A program made the position numbers and the translations under genes. Source: Malacoraja senta (lineage: Eukaryota). From it: DNA of 64,000 nucleotides. Positions 62,504 to 64,000 of this stretch are shown in pieces (position 1 is the stretch's first letter; every line of letters begins with the position of its first letter). Where the stretch lies: assembly GCA_038087875.1 (NCBI GenBank), contig CM075979.1, positions 45,756,001 through 45,820,000 of the forward strand. The letters are read 5' to 3'. Below the pieces are notes generated by a model. That model searched no databases, had not been told where the DNA came from, and saw only the letters and a program-made list of their open reading frames with translations.

Positions 62504-63515
62504 AGCCTGAAGTCTAATGAATTTGTCCTCTGTTTATATCTTTGACATTTTCACCCATATAACCATATAACCATATAACAATTACAGCACGGAAACAGGC
62601 CATCTCGACCCTTCTAGTCCGTGCCGAACACGTATTCTCCCCGAATAAAATCCCGAATCTCACCCAGGGATAAAACGTTCTGACAATCTACTCTTTGAAA
62701 CGGAACACAAAAAATGATTCACTCAATCGTTATATATGTAATTGCAAGCTGCAATAGCGATACACCTGTAAACTAAAAATAAAAATACCCAACACATCTC
62801 CACCATGTGTCTACGCAACCTCCGACATTCCAGAGAAAACAATGCAACTCTGTCCAACTTCTCCTTGTAGTTAATACCACCTAATACATCAACTTTCTAC
62901 CCTGAAAAGGACATAACCATGGACTGTTTGCCCTCCTCCCATCAGGGAGGCGGTACAGGAGCCTCAGGTCTCGTACCAGTAGGATGAGGAACAGCTTCTA
63001 CAATTATACCGTCGCATTGCTGAACTCGGAGTCCCGCCGATAGATTCCTCCGGTCCCTCCGTCCCCATTGTTAATTATTCTGTATTTTTGATTATTCTGT
63101 ATCCTCTTTTAAAAAAAAATTCTATATTGCACTACTACTACGGACTGACGCAAAACTGCATTTCGTTGTACCCATACTCAGTATTTGTGCAATGACATTA
63201 AAGTTGAATTGAATTGAATTGAATTGAATTGAATAAAATGCTGGAGTAACCCAAGTGTGTAAGATAGAATTAATGTACAGGGTGATTGATGGTCAGCACG
63301 GACTCGATGAGCCGAAGGGCCTATTTCCACGCTGTATCTCGAACCTAAACTAAACGTTTCAATTTGTGCACTCATTACTAGATTTGGATTAAAAATATAT
63401 TTTTAAACGTCCACTAATATCAAATGACTATGGGACATGCTGGCTCGTGTGGGCAGATTGGGCTGAAGGGCCTGTTTCCACACTGTATGATTAACATTGA
63501 TTATTATCTTCACAG

Positions 63516-63837
63516 CTAAACCACAAATGACTTTATCCGCAACTGCTATCACAATTGAGAATGGGACGGAGAAATCGGTGAAATGTGACAGTACTGCGTT
63601 TTACCCCTTGGAGATTCAGATAAGTTGGCTCAAGAAATCAAAGAGTGGAGAACAGACGATCCTGGGACCACATTTGCACAGGATCTCCTGTTAGAAATAC
63701 AGATGGAACCTACAATGTGTCGAGCCATATGAGGCTACGTCCAACACTCCAGGACGATGGTAACACTTACGTCTGCTTAGTGAGACATAGATCACTTGGT
63801 AAGCACGCAGAGTTGACAACCCATCTGACTGTCAGAG
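63516..63837 (+). CDS. NCR3LG1: Gene 2 exon 3: Ig C1-set domain with an apparent +1 frameshift at GGG 63664-63666
   Basis: cacag| and G|gtaagt. AKPQMTL..VKCDSTAFYPLEIQISW in one frame; DHICTGSPVRNTDGTYNVSSHMRL..DDGNTYVCLVRHRSL in the next. Exon length 322 nt is not a multiple of 3. Confidence 0.8.
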
Positions 63838-64000
63838 GTAAGTTTAATTTTAGTTATAGAGGTAATGTGGAAACAGGCCCTTCAGCCCAACGAATCCACA
63901 CCGACCATCGATGGGCCAAATATGGGCAGGTTAGTCGGGCGTAGATGGGGTATCTTGGACAGTATGGACAAGTTGGGTTGAAGGGCATTTGTCTGTGATA

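Overview
Eukaryotic, repeat-rich genomic DNA. The repeat content (CR1 LINEs, Penelope-like elements, HE1/V-type SINEs) points to a cartilaginous fish, probably a skate or ray (inference). There are three N gaps. The window holds two tandem, same-strand B7-H6 (NCR3LG1)-like Ig-superfamily genes. Gene 1 (leader exon not found, probably upstream of the window) reads V - C1 - TM and then, unusually, six further C1-set Ig exons plus an acidic mini-exon. All ten exons are phase 1/1 and open (about 960 aa, about 700 aa of it after the TM). Several post-TM domains have lost the canonical disulfide, consistent with an intracellular Ig-domain array, or with a secreted 8-Ig form if the TM exon is skipped. 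Gene 2 starts at 60084 behind a CpG-rich promoter with a consensus ISRE and continues leader - V - C1 past the window end. Both genes show single-base indels at short homopolymers (assembly error or decay). Introns contain deeply nested transposons, hAT-like elements with 6-bp TSDs, an inverted Penelope insertion and many minimal hammerhead-ribozyme motifs. All protein-family assignments are by eye from remembered motifs, with no database search.
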